Assembly: GCA_043788255.1 (NCBI GenBank)
Contig: JAYVUA010000080.1
Span: 7,488-71,487 of the forward strand
Length of the DNA stretch: 64,000 nt
Direction of reading: 5' to 3'
DNA from: Anaerolineales bacterium
GTDB taxonomy: Bacteria; Chloroflexota; Anaerolineae; Anaerolineales; Villigracilaceae
Under the pieces are notes generated by a model that made no database searches, was not told where the DNA came from, and was given only the letters and a program-made list of their open reading frames with translations. Both the position numbers and the translations under genes were made by a program. Of the stretch, positions 48,849-61,660 are shown one piece after another. Each line of letters begins with the position of its first letter. Position 1 is the stretch's first letter.

Positions 48849-49385
48849 ATGAAGAATATCTCGGTATCACACACAGCAACTGAGGTCATTTTCCAAGATG
48901 CCATACAACGCGATATCACCACTGCCCGTCGTACCACCCTCCTTCAAATCCTATGGAATGAACGCTACCTCACTCGCGTCCAATTAATTGTCAGGGTTGA
49001 ATATATACTGGGCAGGAATTGTTTTGGAACATCTGCATGGGAGGATACGTTTTACCGGGACATGCGTGTGGTCAAGCAGGCATTTCAAGCTGCTGGTTAT
49101 ATTTTGAAATATAGCCGCAACAAGGAACAATATGGATACTACTTGCAGGGTCAACCGGCCCTCTTGCCTGAATTTAGGCAAATGGTGAAAGCAAGCGCCG
49201 CCGAAGTGGATCAGCGACAGATTGAGATTTATCATCAGTTGTCTTCTGTGGCTCGTTTTCGACAGGGCTGTGCCATCAGCGACACCGCCCGAAAGGTAGT
49301 AGCACACCGCATCCGCCAGGATAATCCTAAACTTACCCCACAAGAAGCCAATCAAATAGCACTACAGCGAGCATATACGCTATGA
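48849..49385 (+). CDS. HTH-like protein, putative antitoxin/regulator
   Basis: wHTH-like LLQILW...TFYRDMRVVK N-terminus; ATGA overlap with the next gene. Confidence 0.65.
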   Translation: MKNISVSHTATEVIFQDAIQRDITTARRTTLLQILWNERYLTRVQLIVRVEYILGRNCFGTSAWEDTFYRDMRVVKQAFQAAGYILKYSRNKEQYGYYLQGQPALLPEFRQMVKASAAEVDQRQIEIYHQLSSVARFRQGCAISDTARKVVAHRIRQDNPKLTPQEANQIALQRAYTL

Positions 49386-49975
49386 ATAATGATCAGCCGT
49401 TAGATATTACTGGTTTCCTTAAGCTAATTCTTGAAACCCTTGAAGCTACCGGAGTTGAATATTTGATCGGAGGTGCGATCGCAGAGTGGGCTTGGGGGGA
49501 ACCACGCGCAACCCAGGATCTGGATATTGTCATCAACCTCCCTATCAAAGCCATTGGCAGGTTTTCCAAGGAACTTGAGAAAAGAAATATGCTCGTTCCC
49601 GCTGACATAATTTTGGACACCTTGACGGAAGACCGGGCAGACATTCCGCTGAACGCGATCCATATGTACAGCGGTCTCAAAGCAGACATCTATTTGATGC
49701 GGGATGGCGACAAACTTCGGCAAAGTGCATTTCAACGCCGTGTGCTGGTAGATTACGGTCCGCCGATTGGGAAGGTATATGTCCATTCCCCTGAGGACCT
49801 AATTCTCTACAAACTTATGTATTTAGGGCTGAGCGGACAGCCGAAACATGCCCGTGATATTGCGGCAATTATTCGGGCAAAGAAAAATCTACTTGATTTT
49901 GGATATATCGAAGAATGGATTGGTCAACTGGGGCTGGGTTCTGTTTGGAAGGAATTGCTGGATAGCATTGCATAG
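49382..49975 (+). CDS. Nucleotidyltransferase-fold protein, putative toxin
   Basis: YLIGGAIA...PRATQDLDIV; SPEDLILYKL...KHARD. Confidence 0.75.
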   Translation: MNNDQPLDITGFLKLILETLEATGVEYLIGGAIAEWAWGEPRATQDLDIVINLPIKAIGRFSKELEKRNMLVPADIILDTLTEDRADIPLNAIHMYSGLKADIYLMRDGDKLRQSAFQRRVLVDYGPPIGKVYVHSPEDLILYKLMYLGLSGQPKHARDIAAIIRAKKNLLDFGYIEEWIGQLGLGSVWKELLDSIA

Positions 49976-50110
49976 ATCAATTGATCAAATTATGCCTCTG
50001 CCTCGCAGGATTAATATCCAGATAAAATCTCTTCGCCTCGACAAATATTGTCGGACGATTTTATTTAACTTCATTGCTCAATCAACAAATAGTTCGTTAT
50101 ACTTCGTTCA

Positions 50111-53437
<3,327 letters not shown>

Positions 53438-53471
53438 CTCCTGAGCTATAAATTTACAACTATCATCCCAA

Positions 53472-53591
53472 CGGGGTATATATCATGTATACGGGTATAA
53501 GTTTAGGCCCGCCCGTTATATGCCCGCCATATAGAGAATAAAACATTAATAATGGACAAACACCCCTGGCTAGGGATGTTTTCTTTTTAGG
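53472..53591 (+). repeat. ~120-bp direct repeat, copy 2
   Basis: Matches 45132-45252, 8340 bp away. Confidence 0.9.
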
Positions 53592-53644
53592 TTTGGGTTT
53601 TCTCGAAAAGTTTTCGGCGCAGTCCGCGAGCTTAATTTTTAATA

Positions 53645-54325
53645 CTACATAGGCTGATCCTTCACGCCCTTAATCAACAACCAAAGCGGAAATGCAATTT
53701 CGATGAACGCCAGAGAAATAAGTGATTTGAATAGCGCTTCGGATTGTGGGAAAAGAATGATTCCGAAACTTTGTGTTAAATAGAGCAGGGCCGTAATCAC
53801 CAATACGACTCCCAGCCACTTGGGCATGTAGCCAGACTTGTACGCCAAATATCCCAACACCAGCAAATGCAAACCGAAGAACATGCCCCAGATCAGCGCA
53901 ACCGAGTCGTGAGCGTTGAGAAACAACGAGACTAATGCTTCGGTTTGCCCGCTCGCAAAAGCGGACAAGTACCCAGCACCGCTTGTCAACAAGAGGACAA
54001 AGACATAGTTGAGCAGGTTGATGCCTTGAACAACGGTCATCGCCAAGCGGGCATAAGCAGCGATAAGTGCAAGTGTTTTATCCACAGGCTTGACGAGAAA
54101 ATAGACAAGCACCGTCAGCGCGATTTCAAGCAGAAAGACAACCGCATCACTGGCGATGGCAGCGCGGAAGAGTCCCTGCGATGCCTGGATGTTGCCTGCT
54201 GTGGCAATCGCATCCCCTGCTACGATCAATTTGGATGGGACATATAACATGCTGAAAGGCGCGATGAGCGTGATGAGAATGTACAGCACCCCTGCGATAT
54301 GTGAAGTTGTTTTGAGTGAGTTCAT
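53645..54325 (-). CDS. DUF4386-like membrane protein
   Basis: AGVLYIL; FFGLHLLVLGYL..KSGYMPKWLG...EIAFPLWLLIKG; RBS ggag. Confidence 0.85.
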   Translation of the reverse strand: MNSLKTTSHIAGVLYILITLIAPFSMLYVPSKLIVAGDAIATAGNIQASQGLFRAAIASDAVVFLLEIALTVLVYFLVKPVDKTLALIAAYARLAMTVVQGINLLNYVFVLLLTSGAGYLSAFASGQTEALVSLFLNAHDSVALIWGMFFGLHLLVLGYLAYKSGYMPKWLGVVLVITALLYLTQSFGIILFPQSEALFKSLISLAFIEIAFPLWLLIKGVKDQPM

Positions 54326-54345
54326 TTGTTTTCTCCGTGTGTGGG

Positions 54346-55239
54346 TTAAAGTTTCGCTGAATTGAATCCCTTGACGATCAGCCATACGCCGATGGACATT
54401 TCCCACAAACCACCTGGAAGCGTGTGGAGTAGCTGCAAGTTGAAACCCAAGGCTTCCAGCATGGATCCACCCAGAAAGCTCACGTACCCAATGAAACCCC
54501 AAATGACAAAAAACTGCGGAACCAATTTTGCCCGATAGAGCCCGTAGCAAAGTGTCAAACCAGCCATTCCTAAGGCGACCATGCCAATCTGGTAGCTGTA
54601 AGCCTGCGACTGCAGTAATAGTGCGCTAATGAATTGAAGATAAGAAGTTTGAGAGGCGCTGGCTTTCAGGAACTCGTTACCGACAGGAATTTGAAGCAGG
54701 ATGAATAAAGCTGAGACGGCAATAATAGCGGCTTCAACGACTCTGGCGCCGAAATAGCCGAGCGCTATGCGTTCGTTGTTCTGCTTCAAAATCGGGAACA
54801 TCATCACCCCGTGAGCGGCGTCGCCAGCGGCAGCGATCACCCAGAGCAGCGCGCCAATTGCGATCATCATGCTCCTGGCAGAAACTGTGTCAAGCTGACC
54901 TGGCGTGCTAAGAACGGATCCCGCAATGCCAACAACGAACCCCAGGATGTATAGCGCCCCCACTACTTTTGCTGTCGTTCTGTGTGTATTAACCTCTTGT
55001 TTTGTATTCATAATATTTTCTCCTTTGATTGAATGATATTGATTGACCGCCAGCAAAGGCAGACCGAGATCACGCACCTTTTTTAGCAATCCGTGCAGGG
55101 CAGGTTGATCAGCTACAGGTCCAGTAAGAAGCGTTTGCCCGTCATCCAATGTAATGGACATGCCATCGAACCACTCTGTCCATTGCGAACCGAGCTGTGC
55201 GTCAATCCTGATTTGGTAAATCGCGCTGTGCTCTGACAT
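54346..55239 (-). CDS. Small conserved protein (YQIRI...DQPALHGLL..VRDLGL) fused in frame to a DUF4386-like protein (internal RBS/ATG at 55011)
   Basis: No stop between the two modules; aaaggag precedes ATG 55011. Confidence 0.8.
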   Translation of the reverse strand: MSEHSAIYQIRIDAQLGSQWTEWFDGMSITLDDGQTLLTGPVADQPALHGLLKKVRDLGLPLLAVNQYHSIKGENIMNTKQEVNTHRTTAKVVGALYILGFVVGIAGSVLSTPGQLDTVSARSMMIAIGALLWVIAAAGDAAHGVMMFPILKQNNERIALGYFGARVVEAAIIAVSALFILLQIPVGNEFLKASASQTSYLQFISALLLQSQAYSYQIGMVALGMAGLTLCYGLYRAKLVPQFFVIWGFIGYVSFLGGSMLEALGFNLQLLHTLPGGLWEMSIGVWLIVKGFNSAKL

Positions 55240-55325
55240 GCTTTCCTTTCGACGCGGCAAACTATAACGGCAGACGGGGCTGCCGTTTAGATACTTAAGT
55301 ATTGATGTTGGGTATTGTTTGGGGT

Positions 55326-58046
55326 TTAGAGCAAACCCAGCTCGCGGGCGCGGGCAACGGCTTCGGTGCGGCTTTTGGCTTGCAGTTTGTTGAAGATGCG
55401 CAGGTTGTGTCCCTTGACCGTGCTGAGCGAAAGGAAAAGTTTTTCGCTGATGACGGTATTTGAAAAGCCTTGCGCCACAAGGCGCAGCACTTCCAACTCG
55501 CGTTCACTCAACGGGTCGATCAATTCATATTTTTGATTTACGATTTTTGATTTTGGATTTGGGGGCAATGTTGACTGAGGAAATTCTGCGAGAATTTTTT
55601 CGATATAACCGAACAAAGGGTGCGCCGTTCTTTCAATTGTCAATCGTAAATCGGCAATCAATAATCTGGCAGGTTCACCTTCATTGACAAACAGGCGCAG
55701 GTAACCTTCTGGCTCGGCGAGAGTTAAAGCGTGTTGCAAAGAAACCAGTGCTTTCGATGGGTTGCCTTGTGCCTGATGCGCCAGCGCTTGCAGAATTAAA
55801 ATCTCGATCGTGCTGCCTATTCTGTTCCCAGCTTGCGCCATTATTAATAGACGGTCGAGAAAATCCAGGACAGGTTGAAGATGTTTTGTTTTGTGGTTTT
55901 GATATTCGGCAATCAACACACGTGCTAGCGTGATGTGTTCGAACTCGCGTAAATAGCTCAGTTCATCATCAACAGAAAATCGACTCGCCCACGCGCGCGC
56001 TTTGGCAGCCTGTCCGTGCTTAAGATAGACCCGTGCCTTGAACGCTTCAATCGGTTGGGCATCAGGGATTGGTGTTCGCACGTAGGATTTTTTCGCGTCA
56101 TCGAATAACTTGAGCGCGGCGTCAAAATCTCCAGCCGATTCTTTCAAACGAGCCTGAGCCAGGTCCCGCCGATATGCCCAATCCACGATCGTGAAACCAA
56201 CGCCCAGCTCCAAACTTTTTTGCAAATGTTCCTCAGCCGCAGTGTCAGCTCCCATTTCATGGAACAACATCGCCAGCCCCAAATGATGATGCGCCGTGAA
56301 ACGCTCGCCTTCTTTTCCGAACCCCGCTGCAAACTGCAGCGACTCTTCATACATCGTGACCACATCCCGCAAACGTCCCTGCGCCAGCAAAATATCCGCC
56401 AAACCGTGCGCCGTCATGATCGCAAATACAAAATTGCCCGCCATGCGTACCTGATCCCGCCAGGTGCTCATGGCGCGAAATGCCACATCCAATTCGCCGT
56501 TTGCCCAATGCGCTCCCGCGAGAATCGCCGTTGTTTGCGCGCGCATAAATTGATTCTCTTCAGGTGTCAGCCGCAATGCTGCCTCTGCAAACTTCACCGT
56601 CGCAGAAACTTCGCCTTTCGTCTGTGAGTTGTAGGCGCGTGCAATCGCAATGCGGGCAGGCAACGTCTTGAACTGCGACTCATCCACGACAATCATTTCA
56701 CCAGGCGACTCACGCAGACATTGCTCCGCCTCCAGTAAATAGGATTCGCTTTCGTCGGCTTTGCCTGCATCCATATATGCCCATGCGATTTGCACACACA
56801 ACACGGGACGCAGCCGCCTCACACTCCCCGATAACTGATTCACCCACCCAAGCCACATCCCACTCTGAAAGTTTTCATCCATGCCGAGCCACGCCCGTTC
56901 AGCCACCTCCGCTGCTCGATTGAAGTCTTTGGCAGACATCGCATGTCGAAATGCGTCAGACAGTTCACCATTCTCCTCATACCACTTGCTGGCACGGATG
57001 TGCAGTTGCGCAGCTTCATCGAACGTCAAACCCTGCCCCAACCGTTGACGTAATAGATCTCCAAAGAGATGATGATAGCGATACCAGCGGCGCTCACCAT
57101 CTAAAGCCACGATAAACAAATTGGAATGTTCCAAATATTCCAACGCCTTCTGGCTGACAGGTTTTTCATTCCCCAAGACCGCATCACACAATGAGCCGCT
57201 CAAGCGATTCAGAATCGAAGTCCGCAGTAAAAATTGTTGAATGTTCTGGGGCTGGCGTTGCAAAACTTCTTCGAGTAGATAATCCAGCACAAAATGATGC
57301 GCCCCCGTAAACGATTGGATGAAGCCTGCTATATCTTGATTTCCCTGCATGGAAAGCGCCGCCAATTGCAGACCCGCGATCCAGCCTTCGGTGCGGGTTT
57401 CGAGCGCGGATACATCCTCCGCTGAAAGAGACAGTCCCATCACTTGGTTGAGAAACTCAGCCGCTTCCGCAGAGGTGAATCGCAAGTCCGCAGTCCGTAA
57501 TTCCGTCAATTGTCCCCGCGCGCGCAGACGCGCCAAAGGCAGCGGCGGGTCTTCTCTCGAAGCGATGACAAGGTGCATTTGCGGCGGCAGGTTCTCCACC
57601 AAAAAGAGCAGCGCTTCATCCACAGGTTTTGAATCCAATTCGTGGTAATCATCCAACACAAGGATAAAATCTCGCGAGATCGAATCAATGTCATTGAGCA
57701 GGTCCGTCAGAAGTGTCTCGGTACTGGGCGGCTGATGTGATTGGAGCACGCTCAATACCGCAGCACCCGTATCAGCCTCAACGGTCTGTAAAGCAGAAAC
57801 GAGATAGGTTAGAAAACGGGAGAGTTCTTTATCGCCTTCATCCAATGAGACCCATGCGATTGGATGTGTTAATGCTGCCAGCCATTCAATGACCAGCGTA
57901 GTCTTTCCAAACCCCGCAGGCGCAGAGACCAGTGTCAGTTTTCGCCCAGGCTCTCCGTTCAATCGCTCTATCAAACGCGGGCGAGACACGACCTTCGAGC
58001 GCGGCGGCGGGATATGAAGTTTGGTCGATATAACGGAGGCAGGCAT
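55326..58046 (-). CDS. MalT-like LuxR regulator (STAND ATPase-TPR-LuxR HTH)
   Basis: SAPAGFGKTT, LVLDDYH, TEGWIAGLQLAAL, YRYHHLF, LSERELEVL. Confidence 0.95.
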   Translation of the reverse strand: MPASVISTKLHIPPPRSKVVSRPRLIERLNGEPGRKLTLVSAPAGFGKTTLVIEWLAALTHPIAWVSLDEGDKELSRFLTYLVSALQTVEADTGAAVLSVLQSHQPPSTETLLTDLLNDIDSISRDFILVLDDYHELDSKPVDEALLFLVENLPPQMHLVIASREDPPLPLARLRARGQLTELRTADLRFTSAEAAEFLNQVMGLSLSAEDVSALETRTEGWIAGLQLAALSMQGNQDIAGFIQSFTGAHHFVLDYLLEEVLQRQPQNIQQFLLRTSILNRLSGSLCDAVLGNEKPVSQKALEYLEHSNLFIVALDGERRWYRYHHLFGDLLRQRLGQGLTFDEAAQLHIRASKWYEENGELSDAFRHAMSAKDFNRAAEVAERAWLGMDENFQSGMWLGWVNQLSGSVRRLRPVLCVQIAWAYMDAGKADESESYLLEAEQCLRESPGEMIVVDESQFKTLPARIAIARAYNSQTKGEVSATVKFAEAALRLTPEENQFMRAQTTAILAGAHWANGELDVAFRAMSTWRDQVRMAGNFVFAIMTAHGLADILLAQGRLRDVVTMYEESLQFAAGFGKEGERFTAHHHLGLAMLFHEMGADTAAEEHLQKSLELGVGFTIVDWAYRRDLAQARLKESAGDFDAALKLFDDAKKSYVRTPIPDAQPIEAFKARVYLKHGQAAKARAWASRFSVDDELSYLREFEHITLARVLIAEYQNHKTKHLQPVLDFLDRLLIMAQAGNRIGSTIEILILQALAHQAQGNPSKALVSLQHALTLAEPEGYLRLFVNEGEPARLLIADLRLTIERTAHPLFGYIEKILAEFPQSTLPPNPKSKIVNQKYELIDPLSERELEVLRLVAQGFSNTVISEKLFLSLSTVKGHNLRIFNKLQAKSRTEAVARARELGLL

Positions 58047-58091
58047 GATTCAATTATAGACCATAGACCTGTAATAAAAACACCAGCGTGT

Positions 58092-58138
58092 ATTTGGCAG
58101 AGGCGCTGCACGCTTCGCAGTCATCCCAAGTTGATGCT
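58092..58138 (+). repeat. Degenerate second copy of the comM 3' end
   Basis: atttggcagaggcgctgca is identical to 48758-48776, then cccaagttgatg recalls RPKLM. Confidence 0.65.
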
Positions 58139-58141
58139 TTC

Positions 58142-59977
58142 CTAGCGAAGGCGTTTATAAAACAACAGCCTTTGCAATGGAGCAGGAACAGAGCTCAGTA
58201 CGATGGGACCTATAAAAACTTGTTCCGTCCAATGATCCTGCCATTGGCCAGAGGGAATATATACATCGCGTTGTCGTATATTCGGATTGACCACCGGCGC
58301 AACAAGAATATCGTCACCCAGTAAAAACTCGTCATCACAAGTTAATGCGCGCTCGTCATTTGGCGTATCCCAAAAGATGGGGCGAATAATCGGGTTTCCA
58401 TTTTCAGCCGAGGCTCTTGCGATCTCCAAAATTTTCGGCGCATACTCCGTATGAAGCTTTGCATATTGACGGCAAATCAGCGCGCTCTCTTCACCGTACT
58501 CCCATGGCGGAAGACTGAACTGCATCGAAGGCAGCAGCGCATTCAATTGTGTCCAGCGGATCATCATCTCGGCATCCGCTTTTTCTTCGTACTCATTGCC
58601 GCCGATCATATCGGGTAAAACAAATGGATAACCTGCCATGCCAAGCGCAAGAATGCCAGTCAACACCGAATGCAAACCATTATCCAAACCCCATGAAGTT
58701 GTTTTATCCCATTGGCGGAAGAAGATCGGCACGCTTTGATTCTTCCAACCTGCACGCACTTCGGTGATGCGATAATGTTTCGCTACAGCACCCACATAAA
58801 TTTGGGTATATTCATTTGGCTGAATCTTTTGATGAGTAACCGCGTCTGACGGGAGGAAGCAAGCCTCGCCCGCATCGAATTTAAAGCCATCGAGTCCAGT
58901 CTCAAGCTGAAGCCTGCTCAGCCGTTCGAAGAACCACTCCACCGCTGACGGATCGGTCACATCCAGTAATCCGCCATGTCCCTGCCACCATTCGACAAGA
59001 TAAGGTGAGCCGTCAGGCATGCGAACCAACCAACCGTTTTTTGCACCATCAGCAAAGGCTTGGGATTGTGGATCCAAAAATGGAATAACCCAGGCAGTGA
59101 CCTTGAAACCTTTGGCGTGCAGTTGATCGATCATTTGTTTTGGGTTGGGAAATCGCTTGGGGTCAAACCCTAAATCGCCATAATAGATTTGCCAGCGGTC
59201 ATCGATCTCGATTACGTTATACGGATAATCATTTTTGATAATGTCATCGGCGTATTGCAGAACGATATTCTGATCGATGGCAGTTTTGTAGCGCGCCCAG
59301 GTTGTCCATGTGGGTTTTTCAAAAAGGCTTTCAGGCGGGATTTCAGTTGGGTGGCCAAAATGCTGCACCAGATTTTGATAAGCGGTAATCACATTTTCTG
59401 AAAAGGAGAATTTCAGATTCAGCGCGTTGCCTTTGAATGTAAATACTCCATCGCCAATTTTATTCGAGTCAAGATACGGACGGTTAGCAAAGGGTCCACG
59501 GCCTTCGGAGGAGAAGCTCCATTTGTAACGCGGGTAATCAGCAGGCGGCTGGTTGATACCGACTTCCACTGGAGAGTCAGCGATGATCAACGCGCCATTG
59601 GATGAATACCATGCGGGAGTTAGCTTTCCACTTAAGCCAGTGTCGCCGTTATCGAAGGTCTGGAACGGCGCGATTTGCAGCATAATCTTGTTAAGCGGCC
59701 ATTGCTGGTTGATGAGTTCGCCGTGTCCATACCAGTGACCGGGCAGTTCGATGGTGAGCTCGACGGACGAGTCTCCCGGGGACGAACTTAATGTCCATTG
59801 ATCAGCGAGCAGGTTGAGGTTAAGGGTGAACGCTGCGAATATTGCAGCGACAGAAGATGAATCGCTGCGGAGGTCAAGCACAGGCGAAGCCGAATGTCTA
59901 ACGGTCATCAATAAATTATTATCTTGTTTGAAGGAGATGGAGAAGGGGGAACGAGTGGTTTCGAGTTGAATGTTCAT
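58142..59977 (-). CDS. Glycoside hydrolase family 31 (MYORG-like)
   Basis: EIDDRW, GFKFDAGE nucleophile, QWDK, LPDMIGGN, QFSLPPW. Confidence 0.9.
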   Translation of the reverse strand: MNIQLETTRSPFSISFKQDNNLLMTVRHSASPVLDLRSDSSSVAAIFAAFTLNLNLLADQWTLSSSPGDSSVELTIELPGHWYGHGELINQQWPLNKIMLQIAPFQTFDNGDTGLSGKLTPAWYSSNGALIIADSPVEVGINQPPADYPRYKWSFSSEGRGPFANRPYLDSNKIGDGVFTFKGNALNLKFSFSENVITAYQNLVQHFGHPTEIPPESLFEKPTWTTWARYKTAIDQNIVLQYADDIIKNDYPYNVIEIDDRWQIYYGDLGFDPKRFPNPKQMIDQLHAKGFKVTAWVIPFLDPQSQAFADGAKNGWLVRMPDGSPYLVEWWQGHGGLLDVTDPSAVEWFFERLSRLQLETGLDGFKFDAGEACFLPSDAVTHQKIQPNEYTQIYVGAVAKHYRITEVRAGWKNQSVPIFFRQWDKTTSWGLDNGLHSVLTGILALGMAGYPFVLPDMIGGNEYEEKADAEMMIRWTQLNALLPSMQFSLPPWEYGEESALICRQYAKLHTEYAPKILEIARASAENGNPIIRPIFWDTPNDERALTCDDEFLLGDDILVAPVVNPNIRQRDVYIPSGQWQDHWTEQVFIGPIVLSSVPAPLQRLLFYKRLR

Positions 59978-59988
59978 GTTAAAAATTT

Positions 59989-60021
59989 AGACCTTAAGGG
60001 GTTTGAAAACCCTTAAGGTCT
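59989..60021. repeat. Intergenic REP-like palindrome
   Basis: agaccttaagggg-tttgaaaa-cccttaaggtct. Confidence 0.65.
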
Positions 60022-60029
60022 TTTGTGTT

Positions 60030-61553
60030 TTATCTTTTGAATTTTTTACCAGTGGCAAGCTCAACGCTTTTATAAGCGCCATCGTAAATGCCAATGCTTT
60101 TGTTCTTGACAATGCAATCGCAGAACATGGCCAACAGGTCATCGGCTTCGGTGAGCAGATCAATCGCCTGCAGAGTTTGCGGGATGGTGCGGGTTTCGAC
60201 GGTGCTGTCGCCGATTTCTGCGCCGCGGATCGCGCCCCACATTTCATGGCCGCCGACGCGCGCGTTGAATATTTTAGGAACAGGATAGAAGGCGAGTTCG
60301 CTGGGCTTGGTGATCATCACATCCATGACGCGCATGAGATAGTTGGTGGCATACACAGCATGGAAGGTGTTGTCGTACAGGAAGATGTGCAGGCCATGCG
60401 CAGGCTTCTTGCGAATGCTGTCTGTGAATTTTTTCGTATCTTCCCAGGTGAAGTGTGTGTTGATCAGGTCCTTGTGCTGGGCGAGTTGTTCCTGTAACCA
60501 GGTCCAGTTATCTTTGTGATCGCCGAGATTAATGAAGAGCGCGATCTTATCTTTTTGAATCATCGGGATGGCATGTTCAATAATGGCTTTGAATAATTCA
60601 CGTTGTGCACCTGCGCCGCCCATGGTGACTAGAAAGCGGCGTGGCTCTTTGGCTTTCATACGAGTCAAACGATCTTTGCAATCAGCTTCGATGTTTTCCA
60701 CGATTTCATGATCCACATGATGACCGGTGAAATGGATTGCATCCTGCGGAACAGGCTTGAGAACTTTGCCTTTGTCGTCAAATCCACGCATAGCGCGGAA
60801 ACCGTAATAGCCTGACGGCGATTGAACCGCGTGTTTCGCGCCTTCGGTCAATTGAAAAGCCATCGGCCAGTTATCGAACATCATGTCAACCACATTGGTC
60901 ATACCGCCTGAAACCGCGCCCATGCAATTCCACATGTGTGAGGTAAGGATGGGCATATCGGATGGAAGCGCGCCGTAAAGATTGTTAAAGAGTTCGCTCA
61001 TCTTGTAATCTTTGACTTCAGTCTTGAGGAAGCGCCACGGCCAGGTGCTGGTCATGTAATTGAAGAGCGCATCCAACCCGGGCAGAGTTGGTTCGCCTGT
61101 CGTGAGAGATTCCCATACGTATTTATCGAACCATGCATAACGTTGAGAGATGCGCGAATATTTACTATAGTTGGCATTACACCAACCAATCACATCGGTG
61201 CTGATGCCGGGGATGCCAAGCAAATCAAGCCAATAAGGGGTAAAGCCCATCGCCTTTGCCGCTGAAACACCCGCCATGGCAATGCGGTAGTGACCAAATC
61301 CCATGCGGATGGTACTGACGATGACGCCTTGCTTTTTATCAACAGGTTGTCCGCTGCCGTTACGGACAATATTCTTAAGTCCGAAAATATCGAAACCGTA
61401 GGGATGATCTTCGACGGTCAGGTTAAATTTTTCATTGGGGTCGTAATTGAATTTTTTTGCGAGCATATCCTTCCACTGATCTGCTGCGCGGGTCTGGCGT
61501 TTGCTAATTGGGTTGCCGTAGACTTCGTAGCGGCCTTCCTTTTTTTGTAACAT
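60030..61553 (-). CDS. GT-B glycosyltransferase-like protein (MGDG synthase/UgtP-related, DUF6937/6938-like)
   Basis: RMGFGHYRIA, LVTMGGAG, MITKPSE, VGGHE motifs. Confidence 0.55.
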   Translation of the reverse strand: MLQKKEGRYEVYGNPISKRQTRAADQWKDMLAKKFNYDPNEKFNLTVEDHPYGFDIFGLKNIVRNGSGQPVDKKQGVIVSTIRMGFGHYRIAMAGVSAAKAMGFTPYWLDLLGIPGISTDVIGWCNANYSKYSRISQRYAWFDKYVWESLTTGEPTLPGLDALFNYMTSTWPWRFLKTEVKDYKMSELFNNLYGALPSDMPILTSHMWNCMGAVSGGMTNVVDMMFDNWPMAFQLTEGAKHAVQSPSGYYGFRAMRGFDDKGKVLKPVPQDAIHFTGHHVDHEIVENIEADCKDRLTRMKAKEPRRFLVTMGGAGAQRELFKAIIEHAIPMIQKDKIALFINLGDHKDNWTWLQEQLAQHKDLINTHFTWEDTKKFTDSIRKKPAHGLHIFLYDNTFHAVYATNYLMRVMDVMITKPSELAFYPVPKIFNARVGGHEMWGAIRGAEIGDSTVETRTIPQTLQAIDLLTEADDLLAMFCDCIVKNKSIGIYDGAYKSVELATGKKFKR

Positions 61554-61615
61554 GATTCACGTTCTCCTTAGAATAAAATAATTGCGAGTGACATAATGCC
61601 CGCTATTTTTTTGAA

Positions 61616-61642
61616 ACCGCCAGCCGTAAATCGGCTGGCGGT
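61616..61642. terminator. Hairpin within the operon
   Basis: accgccagccg-taaat-cggctggcggt. Confidence 0.6.
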
Positions 61643-61660
61643 AAATTCATTATACTTTTC

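Noticed and set aside
60003-60497. 164-aa plus-strand ORF and similar antisense ORFs throughout
   Set aside because: They fully overlap well-supported opposite-strand genes and show no motifs or RBS.
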